The position numbers and the translations under genes were made by a program. Below are positions 28,401-36,366 of a DNA stretch of 64,000 bases, piece after piece (position 1 is the stretch's first letter; every line of letters begins with the position of its first letter). Source of the DNA: Vulcanimicrobiota bacterium. Lineage in GTDB: Bacteria; Vulcanimicrobiota; Xenobia; Xenobiales; JADMJV01. Where the stretch lies: positions 224,001 through 288,000 of the forward strand of contig JBFWNU010000008.1 in the NCBI GenBank assembly GCA_050250895.1, read 5' to 3'. The notes under the pieces were generated by a model. That model did not search any database. It was not told the DNA's origin and saw only the letters and a program-made list of their open reading frames with translations.

Positions 28401-29028
28401 CGAAACCCTCCAGAGAGCCAGAGAGAGCCTTCCCGACCACGAGTGAGGTCTCGTTGATGTCTCGGCCCATTCCCGCGGCCAGGGCGGCTACCTTCGGCAG
28501 GATGCGCTCCGAGCGCTGCCCGTAGACCTCTAGTTGGACGGTCGCCTCGACGACGCCCTTCACGTCAAAGGGCGTCTTGGCTGCAAAGTCTTTGGCCTTC
28601 TCGAGCGTCTCGGCCGCCGTCACGGCCGAACCCTGCACCGTGGTCAGCTTCGCCTGCAACAGCTCGAAGTCGCCGGCCGTCTTGGCGATGATCGCGGCCA
28701 GGCCTCCCAAGCTGCCGCCAGCGAGAGAGAGGGCGGTGCCGACGCTGCGGCCCAGCTCCTTGAGGTGACCAGACGCCTTCTCGGCTTTGTCGCTGACGTT
28801 GTCGAGCTTGTCGCCGGCCTTCCCCGCACCTTCGAGACCCTTGCTGGCTTCGCTGGCGGACTGGCCGATGCCGCTCAGCCGCTTGTCGAGCTCGAGCAAC
28901 CGAGTGGCCGCCCGGTCGATGGCGGTGGCCAGCTGGCCCGCGCCTTTCTCGATGACGGTCAGTGCCTGCTGTGCGGTTGCGTCTCGCTCCGCCTTGATGC
29001 GGAGGAGAATGGGAATCTCAGCGCTCAC
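25402..29028 (-). CDS. Phage tail tape-measure protein (1208 aa)
   Basis: FAAKTPFDVKGVV...FGGAIERQAATMSGALSN tape-measure N-terminal motifs; Ala/Gly hydrophobic stretch; long coiled coil; TTNVYANLQL C-terminus. Confidence 0.88.
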   Translation of the reverse strand: MSAEIPILLRIKAERDATAQQALTVIEKGAGQLATAIDRAATRLLELDKRLSGIGQSASEASKGLEGAGKAGDKLDNVSDKAEKASGHLKELGRSVGTALSLAGGSLGGLAAIIAKTAGDFELLQAKLTTVQGSAVTAAETLEKAKDFAAKTPFDVKGVVEATVQLEVYGQRSERILPKVAALAAGMGRDINETSLVVGKALSGSLEGFESLRNTYGISTRELAKYGAEVTKAGGLLVQTQGQADKANQALLRIIDTRFGGAIERQAATMSGALSNAKDSAINLAASFGETLTPLVTLAAKTFSTMADTVNKGLSPGLKGIGAAALVGGAGLSSAAGAATLLATGLVALNRQLVAAAVEMPALEGAANLTGGALTRLAGAGSAAGNAFRYLTTTPAGLAISAVAVAAGAAAVKLAFLDAENARISANIKDQGNRVRDAALEWREYAKAVIGATGAQDLFSTGTAGSAERLDAIDKALKSADPRDVTDALQRYAGGTTEARAKTEEYRKELEKLESQQKKLAQLQKVATPGSQVALTGDFADLASALPEAAKVNEADGRLVVAFEHIQAAALQTQLAIGQLKDKIASLEGGVAVATPYEIAFEKLGKKIRATSDVLSVFRQKGDTASLVQGLQLLQTQLAGVQRIAKSINLPTDEAGLQARLFDPKTTDQEEAVIKAILALYHEVDDTHAAITRNQVAAGRQRVEALRAELAEEKSLRQVSFKEQLANLEKQLVEARRLGEEGKNDVRRIEGEKRQVQIASAKATFDAVVKAQLDSLKELQAQGKGSAGQVVEAIQNIIHTITEWKGRNKDILDQLPELKRYVENLGQTLLVQGVAANSRKQKESLDDLKQSVSHLGDEALTTGDKLAAIEEGISRATAARVAAKAAGENLSDIDEFLRDQAAKKLQLEREITAEREKQAGEVASAQIAVYQQEIQLLEQRRDAGENVDNLLIAKRAELYQARVDALLAEYQAELKTATDKLGVQREYQARLRQMELEHTYEQRARMQQQNRDVASAYAERARITKSGSQAVAAAERSAPTSGTSGSIIGFDSGPIQGQARSSDEISAAAASSEEARRVAFGHANPTSSEVVRRIDEARAQQIGLKDAAQAKRVEDAQKAQVEAALKRNGLPGLSAPNLDAIAPDPSKPGTQAEKQREAGSDGGSTTNVYANLQLNADEEAIIRKVFARMATQHRHHRNTNGGGGRPGR

Positions 29029-29031
29029 GTC

Positions 29032-29409
29032 TTACCGCGCCCGACTATCGGTCTTGGCGGACCCTTTTCGGTTGGCCTCGGGGATGAAGAGAGCCAGGCG
29101 CTCCACTTCGTCGGTTTCGGTCTCGACGGCCCGACGGTGGTCGGAGCGGTTGGCCTTCGGAATGGAGCGCACCATGCGCTCCTCGTCAGTCTCTACCCGC
29201 TCGAACGTCTCCCGCCCGGGCTGCCGCTGGAACGTTTCGACCTGCCTCCCTCGGTTGGCCTCGGGAATGTAGCTCATTAGTTCGGCGACCTCTTGCTCGC
29301 CGGCCTCACGCGAGAACTGGCGTTTCAGCTCTTCAGTCCGCTTTTTGAAGGCGGCACGCTGGTCTTTGATGCTGTCCAATGTGGTTGACTCCTCTGGATT
29401 TTCTTCCAT
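29032..29409 (-). CDS. Small charged protein with three IP(E/K)ANR repeats
   Basis: Three ~30-aa repeats; start at ATG 29409 or TTG 29379 (GAGGAG RBS); ends 3 bp before the tape-measure start. Confidence 0.75.
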   Translation of the reverse strand: MEENPEESTTLDSIKDQRAAFKKRTEELKRQFSREAGEQEVAELMSYIPEANRGRQVETFQRQPGRETFERVETDEERMVRSIPKANRSDHRRAVETETDEVERLALFIPEANRKGSAKTDSRAR

Positions 29410-30013
29410 TGTAGCGGGCGGGAGGGGCCGCACGAAGCCCTCCCTTGCCCTCCCTGCGAATTGGGGCACTACGGGGGGAAGCGCCGGTCGACGTGGAAAG
29501 CGCCTCGGCCGCCCAGGGCACGCCACCCCCCGCTGTGCCCGTTGGGCGGCTTTCCACGAGCCGACCCGGACGCGACCGAGATCGAGCCCGTCATCGCCGG
29601 CACCTACTGAGACTATTCCGCGCGGAATAGTCTGGCAACTGAAGGTCAGGACCACCATGCGCTGGGGGCCACCAGGGGTCTGGATAGTTTCCAGACCCCT
29701 GTCAGGGGAGCCTACAACGCAGGCTCCCTTCTCTACCCCTTCGACGAGGCCGGCCGCACCCAGCAGCAGCTCGCTGACGTTCTCGGGTGGGCCAGGACCA
29801 AAGTGGCGAACTATGCTGCACTCCAAAAAATCCACTCCGAGGCCTGGGAAATCGTTGTCACCACTTTCAATGCACCCGGTGACAACTCTGAAGAAGGATC
29901 GGTGACAGGCAATGTCACCACGGTGACATTCACCGAGCGACTCCTTCGGGACATCCTCCCCCTGTCCCCGGACCAACAGACCGAGCTGTGCACCGAACTG
30001 GCCAGTGGCGCGA

Positions 30014-30622
30014 TCAACCCCGACCACCCTGGATGGCTACCAGCTTCGGGCCGGCTGACTGCCTCCGCTCGAGTTCGGCGTTGACCTCGGCCAGAATGCG
30101 GCCGAGAATCTGAACGTCGAGAGTGAGCGCCTCGGAGAGCAGGCGCAGATCGTGCTCGGATGGGCAAAGACTCCAGCCAGGATCGTCCCCTTCGTCCAGG
30201 CGCACCCTGTAGAAGTAGGCGGCCTTCGAGAAGCGGCCATAGCACTTGTGGTAGTTCGTGGCCACCAGGTGGGCGGGCGTGTCTAGCCAGGGATTCCGAG
30301 CGGAAGCCTCTCGCCGGTGTTCGTGGTCAGCCCTAGCTCGCTCAGCGGACTTGGTAGCCGCCTCGATGGCGGATTCTCCACGCATCGTTCTCGAGAAAGA
30401 AAGCGGCGTGGCTGCCTGGGCCACCCCCACCGGGTCGGGCGAGCTGACCGCGATGTCAGCCACCTGCCGGCGAAGGCCGGGCTCGACGCGGCGTAGGTGG
30501 CCCGCGATCAACCCGAGCTGCCGCGTGTTGATGCGGCCGTCCTCGAAGGCCTGCTGGATAGGCTCCCTGGCCTCGGCTGGCAGCGCCTCCAGGTGTCTCA
30601 TTGCGGTCTTGGTCGTCTTCAC
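30014..30622 (-). CDS. Protein with ParB post-HTH-like helical region
   Basis: AGGAG RBS; N-terminal ~65 aa aligns by eye with the fragment at 19117-19659. Confidence 0.7.
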   Translation of the reverse strand: MKTTKTAMRHLEALPAEAREPIQQAFEDGRINTRQLGLIAGHLRRVEPGLRRQVADIAVSSPDPVGVAQAATPLSFSRTMRGESAIEAATKSAERARADHEHRREASARNPWLDTPAHLVATNYHKCYGRFSKAAYFYRVRLDEGDDPGWSLCPSEHDLRLLSEALTLDVQILGRILAEVNAELERRQSAGPKLVAIQGGRG

Positions 30623-30643
30623 TGGGCGTTTTCTCCTTTGGTT

Positions 30644-30856
30644 TTAGTCTGGATTCATGAACAGCAGTAACTGTCCGTAATCGGTCGTTTCGGTGGTCGG
30701 TGAGGGAGGGAAAGGGAGGGTTCCCTCGGGGCTCGAGACGGCCGCACAGCGCTTGCATTCGACCCAGGGCTCGCCCGGCTTGGCGCCTGGGCCGGTGGGG
30801 TCGACGACCGCGGCCGAGCGGGGAGTGACATCGCGGCGGCAATACCAGCACTTCAT
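30644..30856 (-). CDS. Small zinc-finger protein
   Basis: CWYC...CKRC; GAGGA RBS; ATGA overlap with the initiator. Confidence 0.65.
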   Translation of the reverse strand: MKCWYCRRDVTPRSAAVVDPTGPGAKPGEPWVECKRCAAVSSPEGTLPFPPSPTTETTDYGQLLLFMNPD

Positions 30857-31779
30857 GCGGTCCTCGCGGTGGCCACGTTGAGGATTGGGTAGGCCGGTTC
30901 GGGGTCGGGCTCGTCAAGAATGGCAAGCAACTGCTCTCGGGTATTTGGGAGCCAGTAGCGATGAGGTCGTTTCCCCTCTCTCGCGAGTTGACCCGCACGC
31001 TTTGTAGCTTCGATCAGCCGGGCCTTGGTCCACTTTTTCGTTTTTGCCCGCTCGACGATCTTGGCGAGTCTTGGCATCTCCCTCGCTACGATCTCCTCCT
31101 CGACTTCGAAGCCGAGGTTTTGGATTATCAACTGCTCGACCAACTGAAGAGAATCGGGGGGGTCCTCCCTTATTTGCCCCCGGGTTATTTCTAAGGGTTC
31201 TTTATAAGGGTTATTTAGAGAGCCACTTTCGCCTTTTCCCGTAAGGCTTTGCGGGGGGGCTAGAGTCCGGTGGGCCGAACCCTTGAGTCCGGTGGGCCGA
31301 ACCCTAGAGTCCGGTGGGCCGAACCCTAGAGTCCGGTGGGCCGAACCCTGGGGGTCGCTAGGGTTCGGTGGACCGGACCCCCTCACCGGAGTTTCTGTGG
31401 GTATTTTTCCACGTCGGGGATAGCACCACTCATCGACGTATTTGTTCGGGCCGATGGTCCGGCTCTGCGTCCCGACCGAACCCTTGAACTCGATGATGAC
31501 ACGGTTGGCAATCAACCGCCGCAATGCGTCGCTGACGCTCGACTTGCTCGCACCTGTGCGCTCCGCCAGCAAGTTGACGCTCAGATCGGCCTTGGTCTTG
31601 GGCGGGGCGTCTGGGTTGTTACCTGGACGGCGTCCGTAGGTTTCGCGCACGATTGCCAGGACCAGCTGGAGGTCTAGGCCCGGCATCTTGTGAGCGGTCA
31701 ATGCCTCCAGGAAGAAATGCTTGTATTGGCCATAGCCGCCCGGGCCGGCGGAGGCCAACGCGTCTCTAGCATCACTCAT
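30853..31779 (-). CDS. Phage replication initiator (lambda O-like)
   Basis: LAIVRETYG, wHTH, GPNKYVDEW; internal iterons. Confidence 0.85.
   Translation of the reverse strand: MSDARDALASAGPGGYGQYKHFFLEALTAHKMPGLDLQLVLAIVRETYGRRPGNNPDAPPKTKADLSVNLLAERTGASKSSVSDALRRLIANRVIIEFKGSVGTQSRTIGPNKYVDEWCYPRRGKIPTETPVRGSGPPNPSDPQGSAHRTLGFGPPDSRVRPTGLKGSAHRTLAPPQSLTGKGESGSLNNPYKEPLEITRGQIREDPPDSLQLVEQLIIQNLGFEVEEEIVAREMPRLAKIVERAKTKKWTKARLIEATKRAGQLAREGKRPHRYWLPNTREQLLAILDEPDPEPAYPILNVATARTA
31260..31347. repeat. Four 22-bp iterons (replication origin)
   Basis: CT(A/T)GAGTCCGGTGGGCCGAACC x4, a partial inverted copy at ~31360-31380 and an adjacent AT-rich tract at ~31185-31217. Confidence 0.92.
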
Positions 31780-33077
31780 AGGGGCACCTCCAAACTGCCT
31801 TGCTGGTCTTCCTCGGCTCGGTGGTCTGGCGCCGCGTGCAAAGCCTCACGGAAGGTGTAGGTCGGCCCATCGAATCGAAGCTGGACCTCTCCCGTAGGCC
31901 CGTCTCGGTTCTCTGAGATGGTCAGCGTGGCAGCCTTACCGGTCCGCTTGAGTAGCCAGATTTTGTAGGCGTCTTTTTGGAGCTGGCGCCCGCCGGGCAG
32001 GTCGTCGCTGGTCGGGTCGCCCTTCATTTTTCGGTCAACGACCTTGAACTGCTCGATCACCAGCACAGGGATGCGATGACGCATGGCCAGGTCGTGCACG
32101 GCTCTCGAGGCCTCAGCCACGTCCTCCCATTTCGCCACTGAGGCATATCGGCTCAGGTAGTCGATGCAGACGCAGGCGAGGTTCGGGTGTCGGAGTCGGA
32201 ATGACTCGACTATGCTGATTAAGCCTCGGAAGTCGGTCGCGGCGTCGTGGATGTACAAGCCTCGAGACCGAAGCCAGTCCTCTCCTTGCCAGAGGTGGCC
32301 GTCGGTGAGGTCGGAGTAGGGTCGTTTGAGGTGCTGGACGATCACTCGCTCGACCACGGCCCGCCGGTCCATTTCGTGGGAGCACCAGAGGACGGGGGCA
32401 TCAGGTCTTGCCATGTTGGTGGCCATCTGTAGCCCGAGGCTTGTCTTACCGTGTTTGGGGAGGGCAGCCAGGACGACCACCTCCTGGCTACCCAGGCCCC
32501 GGCAGTGATGGTCCAGCGACGCGAAGCCGGTCGCCAGCCAACGTTTTGCGGTGGTCTCGTCAGGCTTGGCCCGCTCCTCTGCTAGCGCGCGGGCGACGTC
32601 GGCCGCATTCACAGGGAACTGACGCTCGGACCCTGCCATGGCTCTGCTCCAGATGGAGGACACCCTTTGCTTGCGCTCCTCTAGTGGCAGGGTCAAGTCC
32701 CTAAAGACTGTCTGACAACGTTCTAGGGCGCGGGTCCCTCGCCGCTCAAACGAGCGTTCTCGGACGAGGTCGACCATCGTTTCGACCTCTGCCCCCGTGG
32801 CCATTGCGGACGCCAGTAGCAGCTGGTCAGACGCTTCTCGATCGCCGTGGTCGACCATGATCTGCTGGAGCGCCATCGGCCCCGGCTCGAACCCTCTCTT
32901 GAGCAGGCTAGTGAGAGCGACGAGCCCCTTTCGCGCGACGCGGTCGCCAAAGTCGTCGGGATTGAGCTGGGTTACGACCAGGACGGAAAGGCGCTCATCG
33001 TGGCAGCTCGACGCGATGAGTTCGCGCTCGAGCTCGTCGTGAGCGATGAGACGTAGTTCGGTGGGTGTATAGCTCAT
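31776..33077 (-). CDS. DnaB-like replicative helicase (divergent)
   Basis: N-terminal ELERELIA; Walker A ALPKHGKT; SHEM; CIDYL; NRDGPTG. Confidence 0.88.
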   Translation of the reverse strand: MSYTPTELRLIAHDELERELIASSCHDERLSVLVVTQLNPDDFGDRVARKGLVALTSLLKRGFEPGPMALQQIMVDHGDREASDQLLLASAMATGAEVETMVDLVRERSFERRGTRALERCQTVFRDLTLPLEERKQRVSSIWSRAMAGSERQFPVNAADVARALAEERAKPDETTAKRWLATGFASLDHHCRGLGSQEVVVLAALPKHGKTSLGLQMATNMARPDAPVLWCSHEMDRRAVVERVIVQHLKRPYSDLTDGHLWQGEDWLRSRGLYIHDAATDFRGLISIVESFRLRHPNLACVCIDYLSRYASVAKWEDVAEASRAVHDLAMRHRIPVLVIEQFKVVDRKMKGDPTSDDLPGGRQLQKDAYKIWLLKRTGKAATLTISENRDGPTGEVQLRFDGPTYTFREALHAAPDHRAEEDQQGSLEVPL

Positions 33078-33386
33078 CAGCGCCTCCCCCAGGCTACTCG
33101 CCTGCGGGCCGGCACTACACGCCACCGTAGGCCTGGCCGTTGCGTTGGTAGGCTACGGGGTGGTATGCTGCTAGTAGTCGTAAGAGATACTGGGCTGGCG
33201 CCGCCCCTCACGGGGCGGCGTTCGCTTTTGTAGGGCAATTGATGCGCTCCATTCGTCGGATTTGATACCCCGGTGGACGGACCTCGCTGAGCGCAGCGAG
33301 AGGCCTCTCGCACGGCGGTGTTATCGGGGCGCCGACCCCCGCGTCGTTACTTGAGTCCCCTTCAAGTTCGTTGGCAAAAAAAAGGC

Positions 33387-33635
33387 CTACTCGGCCAGGC
33401 CGAGCAGACGCTCGAGCTTTGCTCGCGGCACCAGGATGCGACGGCCTACCCGGATACTCGGGATGCTACCGTCCTTGATGCCAATGTAGGTCGCGCCCTT
33501 GGACAAGCCAAGTATCTTGGCTGCTTGAGCCACCGAGTAGGTGGCGGGCTTGGGAGTCGGTGGGGGAGCTGGTTGGCCGGCCGGATGTGGCAGCGGCAGC
33601 GATAGGACTTTGGCGGGGCCGTTGTGGTTGTGCAT
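33387..33635 (-). CDS. Excisionase-like HTH protein
   Basis: TYSVAQAAKILGLSKGATY...IPSIRVGRRILVP. Confidence 0.9.
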   Translation of the reverse strand: MHNHNGPAKVLSLPLPHPAGQPAPPPTPKPATYSVAQAAKILGLSKGATYIGIKDGSIPSIRVGRRILVPRAKLERLLGLAE

Positions 33636-33868
33636 CAAGCGGCCACCGTGACTTCGACGATCAGGTCCCGGAGGGCGATGCCCGTCTTTTCGGACAGTGC
33701 CCAGAGCATGGCGACGGTGACGTGACAGTATCCGTGCAAGTGCGCATAGAGCGTGCGGTGCGGCACTCCGATCTGAGCGGCCAACCATTTGTAGGTGCGG
33801 CGCTCCTCCTCTTTCCAGGCGTCGAGCGCTCTCTTGTTCAAGTGAAAGCGGCGGTCCTTCAGTTTCAT
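33635..33868 (-). CDS. Cro-like HTH protein
   Basis: WLAAQIGVPHRTLY; AAGGAGG RBS; divergent from the repressor. Confidence 0.8.
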   Translation of the reverse strand: MKLKDRRFHLNKRALDAWKEEERRTYKWLAAQIGVPHRTLYAHLHGYCHVTVAMLWALSEKTGIALRDLIVEVTVAA

Positions 33869-33915
33869 GTAAACCTCCTTCTTGCATCTGGCTTTGTAGT
33901 GTTAGGCGTAGCTTG

Positions 33916-33944
33916 GTTATAGCAGTCTCGCCCTAAAGTGTCAA
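33916..33944 (-). promoter_or_regulatory. Strong sigma70 promoter for the cro-xis-replication operon
   Basis: TTGACA-N17-TATAAC on the minus strand. Confidence 0.85.
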
Positions 33945-34010
33945 GCTGAGCAGGGTTTTGTCGTCGCCAGTGTAAATCTAGACCTATCAGCACGATAATC
34001 GAGGTGAGAC

Positions 34011-34742
34011 ATGGGGCTTTCGGAGACTTTCGGGGAAAGAGTAAAGCGGGCCAGAGCGGAGAGAAACCTTTCTCAGAGCGGTCTGGCCGATTCCGTGGGC
34101 GTATCGAGGACCACGATCGCGGAATGGGAAGCAGGTCGTTCGAGCCCTGAATTTTCGAGGTTAGAGCCTCTCGCGGAGGCGCTCGGGCGGCCTGTGTCTT
34201 GGTTCTTTCTCCAGGACCAGCCCGGTTCGTTCGCTGAGGTCAGTTCGCGTGACCTGTTCGAGGCTTACCTGGAAGCTGCGGAAGCCTGCGCCGTCCACGA
34301 AAGGCACCTCCACCAGGCCCTTCACGGTCTGCGCAGCGCGCGGTGCTATTTCTCGTTCGCAGCAGCTCACGCGGCGGAGCGAGATGACGGGGATTCTGAT
34401 CTCTATGAACTGCATCGGCGAACCGGATTCCAGTATGAGCCGGCCGAGGAGTTCACGGACGAAAAGTTCGCGGAGAGCCGCTGGCGCCAGTTCACCTGGC
34501 TCACCGGGGTGTCGGAGTCGGTCGATAGAAGTGACGACCTGGAGAGCCTCGCCCTGGCCGGGCCTGACTCCGAACAGCTCGAGGCGAGGCATCTCACGCG
34601 CCTTCTGGCCACCTGTCAGGTGGACCTGAAGGACCTTCCCGAGCATCAGGTTCAAGAAGCGGAGAAGAGTATCCGGGTCTGGCGGGCCGCCCTCAAGGGC
34701 GAAGGGCTGGACGTATTGCAGAAGGAGGAGTCGAAGCAGTGA
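34011..34742 (+). CDS. XRE-family master repressor (Stl/CI-like) with non-S24 C-terminal domain
   Basis: LSQSGLADSVGVSRTTIAEWEAG; coupled to the integrase. Confidence 0.88.
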   Translation: MGLSETFGERVKRARAERNLSQSGLADSVGVSRTTIAEWEAGRSSPEFSRLEPLAEALGRPVSWFFLQDQPGSFAEVSSRDLFEAYLEAAEACAVHERHLHQALHGLRSARCYFSFAAAHAAERDDGDSDLYELHRRTGFQYEPAEEFTDEKFAESRWRQFTWLTGVSESVDRSDDLESLALAGPDSEQLEARHLTRLLATCQVDLKDLPEHQVQEAEKSIRVWRAALKGEGLDVLQKEESKQ

Positions 34743-35899
34743 GAGGTCATATCGAGAAGCGCGGTCCCCAGCGCTACAAGGTGAGAATCTTCCTCGGTCG
34801 GGACGATAACGGGAAGGTCATCCGTCGCTCAAAGACGATTCACGGCACCCTCAAGGACGCCCAGCGGGCATTGACCGAACTCCTCCAGCAGTTCAACATG
34901 AACTGCCTGCCGGAAGAGCACAAGCTCACCGTTGCGGACTATCTCGCCCAGTGGCTGGCCAACGCCGCTGCCGGCCGGGTCAGCGAGCGGACCCTTCGGG
35001 ACTATCGCGGGATGTTCGACCGCTACGTCCTGCCCGAGCTGGGCCGGCTACGCCTCGAGGCGCTCACCCCGATGGCCATCCAGGGGCTCTACACGAAGAT
35101 GGGCCGGACCATCAGCGCCCACACCGGCCGGCCCCTGTCCCCCCGCAGCATCCAGTACACTCACCGAACCCTCTGCCAGGCCCTGAAACAGGCCGTTCGC
35201 TGGCGCCTGCTACCCAACAACCCGGCGGAGCTGGTGGACGTGCCCAAGCAGGTGAAGCGGCAGATGCTGTTCCTCACCCCCGAGCAGGCCCGAGCCTTCC
35301 TGGGCGCCGTCGAGGGCGCCCCACATGAACTCTATCTCGCGTTCCTCCTGTCGGTGGGCTGCCGACCGAGCGAGGCCCGCGGCCTCCAGTGGCGTGACCT
35401 CGACTGGAAGCAGCACACGGCTCAGATCGTGCGCACGGTGGCCGAGACGCGCCAGGGCGCCCGGCAGAACACCTGGACCTTCGCCCCGTGTAAGACCGAT
35501 GGCTCCCACCGAACCGTGTCCATCCCGAAGACGGTGATGGAGCGGCTGCGCTTCCACCAGCGGCAGCAAGAGGCCGAGAAGATGGCCGCCGGCGAGGCCT
35601 ACCAGAACAGCGGGCTGGTTTTCTGCACGACGCTGGGCACGCCCTTGAACCTCTCGAACGTCAAGCGGCGCAGCTTTCACCCCGTCCTCGCGAAGGCCGA
35701 CCTGCCGCGCATTCGGTTGTACGACCTGCGGCACACCTACGCGACGCTTCAGCTCTCGGCGGGGCAGAACCCGAAGATTGTGGCGGAGCAGCTCGGCCAC
35801 TCGTCGGTGACACTGACGCTCGACGTTTACTCGCACGCCATCCCGTCGCTGCGCCAAGCGGCCGCCGAGGTTGCCGAGCAGCTCCTCTGGGCTCGCTAG
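34739..35899 (+). CDS. int: Tyrosine integrase
   Basis: N-terminal arm-binding region; GCRPSE, YDLRH, LGH, VYSH; adjacent to the att. Confidence 0.96.
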   Translation: MRGHIEKRGPQRYKVRIFLGRDDNGKVIRRSKTIHGTLKDAQRALTELLQQFNMNCLPEEHKLTVADYLAQWLANAAAGRVSERTLRDYRGMFDRYVLPELGRLRLEALTPMAIQGLYTKMGRTISAHTGRPLSPRSIQYTHRTLCQALKQAVRWRLLPNNPAELVDVPKQVKRQMLFLTPEQARAFLGAVEGAPHELYLAFLLSVGCRPSEARGLQWRDLDWKQHTAQIVRTVAETRQGARQNTWTFAPCKTDGSHRTVSIPKTVMERLRFHQRQQEAEKMAAGEAYQNSGLVFCTTLGTPLNLSNVKRRSFHPVLAKADLPRIRLYDLRHTYATLQLSAGQNPKIVAEQLGHSSVTLTLDVYSHAIPSLRQAAAEVAEQLLWAR

Positions 35900-36129
35900 C
35901 GTCGCCCCAAAGCCGTCACGTTGCACGTGCAGCGGTAGAGGCTAGCGCTGCTGCGCTCGACCTCAAGCACCGTGAACAGGTGCAATCCGTCTTCCTCATG
36001 ATGGTCAATGAGTCTCTCGAAGGTGTCGCCAGGCTCGGGGGGCTCTTCACACATTTGCTCGACGCAGAGCCGGTCGGCATACCTGTTGTTGGCATAGCCC
36101 GCTGGGATATTGAGGAAAACTTTGACCAT
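35896..36129 (-). CDS. Small hypothetical protein
   Basis: GGAG RBS; convergent with int. Confidence 0.5.
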   Translation of the reverse strand: MVKVFLNIPAGYANNRYADRLCVEQMCEEPPEPGDTFERLIDHHEEDGLHLFTVLEVERSSASLYRCTCNVTALGRR

Positions 36130-36213
36130 TGGCTCCGAATTTGCTGATCCCCCGCTGATCCCCCAAGCCCGATTTTCGCGAGAATGGGGGAGGCGGAAAA
36201 CCGCTTGGTTACT

Positions 36214-36289
36214 TGGTCTCCACGGGCGGAATCGAACCGTCGACCTACTGCTTAGGAGGCAGTTGCTCTATCCCCTGAGCTACGTGGAG
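36214..36289 (-). tRNA. tRNA-Arg(CCT)
   Basis: 76-nt cloverleaf: CTCCACG/CGTGGAG acceptor, ACTGC-CTCCTAA-GCAGT anticodon arm, GGTTCGATTCC, encoded CCA. Confidence 0.97.
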
Positions 36290-36366
36290 TCTTCCCGTCG
36301 AAGGTAGCAAAATCGACTGGGCGTGTCAACGCGGGTTTTCGGCCCTGCGCCTCGAAGGGCCCGAGC

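Larger units (their letters stand above)
18431..36260. mobile_element. Integrated phage-satellite (PICI-like) element, ~17.8 kb, in tRNA-Arg(CCT)
   Basis: 48-bp direct repeat at 18431-18478 and 36213-36260; integrase next to the tRNA; repressor/cro/xis, DnaB, initiator with iterons, tape measure. Confidence 0.92.

Noticed and set aside
29330-29355. C-AAA-AAG as a tail-chaperone frameshift site
   Set aside because: Imperfect slippery heptamer near the N-terminus rather than the gene end
31260-31347. 22-bp repeats as a CRISPR array
   Set aside because: Head-to-tail with no spacers, inside a replication initiator, no cas genes: iterons
33077-33313. 78-aa ORF between xis and DnaB
   Set aside because: Abuts the DnaB start but has no clear RBS or motif; cannot be supported
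18431-36260. Complete prophage or conjugative ICE
   Set aside because: No recognisable head, packaging, lysis, relaxase or T4SS genes
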